Translations under genes and position numbers: made by a program
Part shown: one piece after another, positions 7,495-10,061 of the stretch
Numbering within the stretch: position 1 is the stretch's first letter
How the letters are laid out: the number at the start of each line of letters is the position of its first letter
Assembly (NCBI GenBank): GCA_045545475.1
Contig: JAZQAZ010000013.1
Span: forward strand, 1-10,061
Source of the DNA: Clostridia bacterium
GTDB lineage: Bacteria; Bacillota; Clostridia; CAKSNL01; HGM11501
Direction of reading: 5' to 3'
Length of the DNA stretch: 10,061 nt
The notes under the pieces: model-generated
Databases searched by the model: none
What the model saw: the letters and a program-made list of their open reading frames with translations, nothing else
What the model was told of the DNA's origin: nothing

Positions 7495-8108
7495 CACTTC
7501 TTTCTTCCCACTTTAATTCCGTAAATCAAGCCTGTCAAGGCGTAGGGAATTAAAAGGATGATGCAATATACGGTAAAAATCGGCGGAAGGAAAATGCTTA
7601 TTATGAAAAGAATACCCATAATAAAGGACATATAGCCGATAAAACGATTTATTTTCTTTGCCTTTTCCGCATTCACATCATAATTTTTGATATAGTCAAA
7701 CTTCGGGAGATAGTTTCCCATTATAAGAAACATTGCACCGACGATTAATGCCACAACCCTTCTTATGTCGATGTTCCACCCAAGGGCATAGCCGAAGGTT
7801 ATTGTCTGAAGAACGATGGACATTACGGGAAGTATCCACTTTGTCACAAGGGTAAATTTTTTCCGCTCCCCGTGAATGTGGGTGTTTATGTCGTTTATAA
7901 AACAGCAGAAAAACTGAGCAAGCACCATCAGTACGGGAATTAAGAACACCGCAACGCCCTTTGCTGCATAATTGTCGGGATTTCCCGCTATGTCAAAGTG
8001 AATTGGGATGCTTTCGGGCAGGCTATCCCAGAGCGCAAGCCCCAATAAAATGGGTAAAAGGCAGAAAAGAGCCGTTATAAAAAATATTTTCCATTTCATA
8101 AATTTCAT
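7494..8108 (-). CDS. SdpI-like / DUF1648 immunity-type membrane protein
   Basis: WDSLPESIPIHFDIAGNPDNY (DUF1648) and GAMFLIMGNYLPK (SdpI motif), about 6 TM segments. Overlaps the stop of the upstream ArsR gene. Confidence 0.85.
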   Translation of the reverse strand: MKFMKWKIFFITALFCLLPILLGLALWDSLPESIPIHFDIAGNPDNYAAKGVAVFLIPVLMVLAQFFCCFINDINTHIHGERKKFTLVTKWILPVMSIVLQTITFGYALGWNIDIRRVVALIVGAMFLIMGNYLPKFDYIKNYDVNAEKAKKINRFIGYMSFIMGILFIISIFLPPIFTVYCIILLIPYALTGLIYGIKVGRKK

Positions 8109-8374
8109 TCGATATGCCCCCTTAAATTATAAATCCACGCCAGGATATCCTCGAAAACCGAGGTATTTAAGCTGTAATAGATAAAGTTTTTCTCCCTATC
8201 CTCGCTTACAAGGTCGGCACCTTTAAGCTTTGCAAGGTGATAGGAAACGGTCGCTCCCGTCAGATTGAATTTTTCGCCGATTTCCCCGGCTGACAGCCTT
8301 CCTTCCTTAAGCATGAAAAGTATGTCACGGCGTACCGGGTCCGAAATCGCTTTCAAGGTTTCATTTATCCCCAT
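8105..8374 (-). CDS. sdpR: ArsR/SmtB family autorepressor, SdpR-like
   Basis: LKAISDPVRRDILFMLKEGRLSAGEIGEKFNLTGATVSYHLAKLK..DLV..REKNFIYYSLNTSVFED. Start set at ATG 8374 because the AAGGAGG RBS (8381-8387) abuts ATG 8380 but is 6 nt from ATG 8374. Confidence 0.88.
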   Translation of the reverse strand: MGINETLKAISDPVRRDILFMLKEGRLSAGEIGEKFNLTGATVSYHLAKLKGADLVSEDREKNFIYYSLNTSVFEDILAWIYNLRGHIE

Positions 8375-8393
8375 TTTCATCCTCCTTATTCGC

Positions 8394-8478
8394 TATTTAG
8401 ATAATTATCTAAATACATATTAGCATATGTCCTTTAAAATGTCAACACCTATTTAGAAAATTTTCTAAATAGGTGTTG
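8394..8478 (-). promoter_or_regulatory. sdpR promoter flanked by two perfect palindromic operators
   Basis: Minus strand TTGACA (8445-8440)-N17-TAATAT (8422-8417) with extended TG. Perfect palindromes at 8394-8415 (22 bp) and 8443-8478 (36 bp) share TATTTAGAWAATTWTCTAAATA. Confidence 0.85.
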
Positions 8479-8550
8479 TTTCATATTATAATGCGATTTT
8501 TAAGTGATTATTTCTATATATAAATTGCGAATAGTTTTATGTAAATTATT

Positions 8551-8621
8551 TATAGGGGGCTTTAGGCAAACAACATTGTTTGCCGATAGGGGATTGCGAT
8601 TTCCCCCTTATGCCTCCTACA
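8551..8621. repeat. GC-rich branched palindromic element (REP/MITE-like three-way junction)
   Basis: An imperfect outer stem TATAGGGGGC / GCCTCCTACA encloses the hairpins GGCAAACAA-CA-TTGTTTGCC and GGGGATTGCGATTTCCCC. It begins with GTAG on the minus strand and sits in otherwise very AT-rich DNA. Confidence 0.5.
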
Positions 8622-8674
8622 TAAATTACTTTAACATATTTAAGCAACTTTCTGAAATTCAGTTCAAACAAAAT

Positions 8675-9817
8675 TTATCCTAATAATTCCTTACATTTTT
8701 CCATTCTTTCTGTTACCTTTACGCCAAAGGGGCAACGCTCCTCGCACGCACCGCAGCCGATGCAGTCGGACGCCTTTGCCGACAAATCGCCGTAATGCTC
8801 CTTAACCGTGGCAGGCACATCCTCCTTAACTGTTGCAAGGTCGTAAAGCTTATTCACCATTGCGATGTCGATATTTACGGGGCAGGGCTTACAATGTCCG
8901 CAGTAAGTGCAGTCCCCTATGTAAGCGTGGCGGGGCATTTTTGAAAGAGCGGTTGCATAGTCCTTTTCTTCCTCAGAGGCGTTTTCATAATAAACCGCCT
9001 CATCCACCTGCTCGGGAGTTGAAAAGCCGATTAAAACCGAGGAAACGGAAGGCCTTGTAAGTGCGTAGTGTATGCACTGACAAGGAGTTAATGCAACGCC
9101 GAAGGGCGAACGCTTTGCATCCAGCAATCTTCCGCCGCCAAAGCCTTTCATTACGGTTATGGCAACGCCTTCGCTTTCGCAAAGCTTGTAAAGGTCGGCT
9201 CTCTCCTTTGCTATGCCGGAAAGCCCCTCTTCATACTGTTCCACGAAATAATCGTCGATATTGTCCGTGGCGGGAAGCATATCGTAGGCGGGATTTAAGC
9301 TGAAAAGAATTACCTTTACTTCCCCTGTTAAAACCGCAAGGCGGGCAATTTCGGGGTTGTGGGTGGAAAGCCCGATGTGCTTTATCTTCCCCTCGGCTCG
9401 CAAAGACTTCATATAGTCCATAAAGCCGCCAGTCATTACTTCTTCCCAGTCGGCGAGCTTATCCACAAAGTGAATCATTCCAAGGTCCATATAGTCGGTA
9501 TGAAAGCGACTGAGTAAATCGGCAAACGCCGCTTTGGTTTCCTCTAAGTCCCTGGTTCTAACGTACTGACCGTCCCTCCAGGCAGAGCCGATGTGTCCCT
9601 GAATTATCCACTTTTCTCGGTCGTTTTTTATGGCGTTTCCGATATTTGACCTGACGTTTGGCTCCGACATAAAGCAGTCGATAAAGTTTATTCCCATATC
9701 GCGGCAGCGGTCAACCACGGCCGTTACCGCTTCAGGCGTCTGGCGTTCAAGCCATTCGCCGCCAAGGGCAATTTCGCTTACCATTAACCCTGTATTTCCA
9801 AGTTCTCTATATTTCAT
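8675..9817 (-). CDS. Aldo/keto reductase family oxidoreductase with C-terminal 4Fe-4S dicluster domain, 380 aa
   Basis: MKYRELGNTGLMVSEIALG, GKIKHIGLSTH, VMKGFGGGRL, then CTYCGHCKPCP and CIGCGACEERCP. Start set at ATG 9817 (GGAGGGA RBS at 9823-9829). The track's N-terminal extension runs through REP hairpins. Confidence 0.93.
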   Translation of the reverse strand: MKYRELGNTGLMVSEIALGGEWLERQTPEAVTAVVDRCRDMGINFIDCFMSEPNVRSNIGNAIKNDREKWIIQGHIGSAWRDGQYVRTRDLEETKAAFADLLSRFHTDYMDLGMIHFVDKLADWEEVMTGGFMDYMKSLRAEGKIKHIGLSTHNPEIARLAVLTGEVKVILFSLNPAYDMLPATDNIDDYFVEQYEEGLSGIAKERADLYKLCESEGVAITVMKGFGGGRLLDAKRSPFGVALTPCQCIHYALTRPSVSSVLIGFSTPEQVDEAVYYENASEEEKDYATALSKMPRHAYIGDCTYCGHCKPCPVNIDIAMVNKLYDLATVKEDVPATVKEHYGDLSAKASDCIGCGACEERCPFGVKVTERMEKCKELLG

Positions 9818-9833
9818 ATAAGTCCCTCCATAT

Positions 9834-9883
9834 GCAGGGAACGAATTTATCCGTTCCCCGGAATGCATAAATGCATTCCCTAC
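9834..9883. repeat. Convergent REP doublet (copies e and f)
   Basis: Plus strand GCAG-GGAACG-AATTTATC-CGTTCC (9834-9857) abuts minus strand GTAG-GGAATGCAT-TT-ATGCATTCC-G (9883-9859). The latter is identical to 1072-1096. Confidence 0.78.
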
Positions 9884-9886
9884 GAC

Positions 9887-9915
9887 ATTTTACCATACAA
9901 ATATTTTTCTTGCAA
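9887..9915 (-). promoter_or_regulatory. Putative sigma-A promoter of the aldo/keto reductase gene
   Basis: Minus strand TTGCAA (9915-9910)-N17-TAAAAT (9892-9887) with extended -10 TG. Confidence 0.65.
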
Positions 9916-9920
9916 GATGC

Positions 9921-9955
9921 AAAAAGGGGCTGTAAAATAATTACAGCCCCTTTTT
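9921..9955. terminator. Bidirectional intrinsic terminator
   Basis: AAAAAGGGGCTGTAA-AATAA-TTACAGCCCCTTTTT. Confidence 0.85.
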
Positions 9956-10061
9956 CAGGAGATAGGAAAAAATGCTTCAGAACGGACAAACTGAATTGAG
10001 AAAGTCTGTTTACAGACTTTTCGAAAGTTACCCGAAGGCGTATATAGATACGTTGAGGGTG

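Noticed and set aside
8833-9989. Short ORFs overlapping the reductase and its upstream region, including 9807..9989
   Set aside because: They are nested or antisense, or they cross the terminator, promoter and REP elements.

Overview
Accessory-type region, probably from a Clostridia-like Firmicute (inferred from SLH domains, AAGGAGG ribosome-binding sites and near-consensus sigma-A promoters). Left to right it holds: the 5' part of an MBL-fold/beta-CASP hydrolase (-), a C-terminal remnant of a GT51 transglycosylase (-), a small Cro/C1 HTH gene (-), a non-coding block (~730-1190), a 1207-aa SLH-anchored surface protein with its upstream TetR regulator (-), a divergent DUF2157 + GDYXXLXY membrane pair (+), an orphan sdpR/sdpI-like pair with two perfect operator palindromes (-), and an aldo/keto reductase with a C-terminal 2x[4Fe-4S] domain (-). 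The most notable signal is non-coding: a self-contained structured RNA gene candidate of ~120 nt (1000->877, minus) with a perfect TTGACA-N17-TATAAT promoter, end-to-end pairing and a U-tract. It is embedded among GTAG-type REP hairpins. The same REP family recurs 8.8 kb away, where it forms the predicted 5' leader of the reductase mRNA. No transposase, CRISPR array, tRNA or rRNA was seen. All family calls come from motif recognition by eye, not from database searches.
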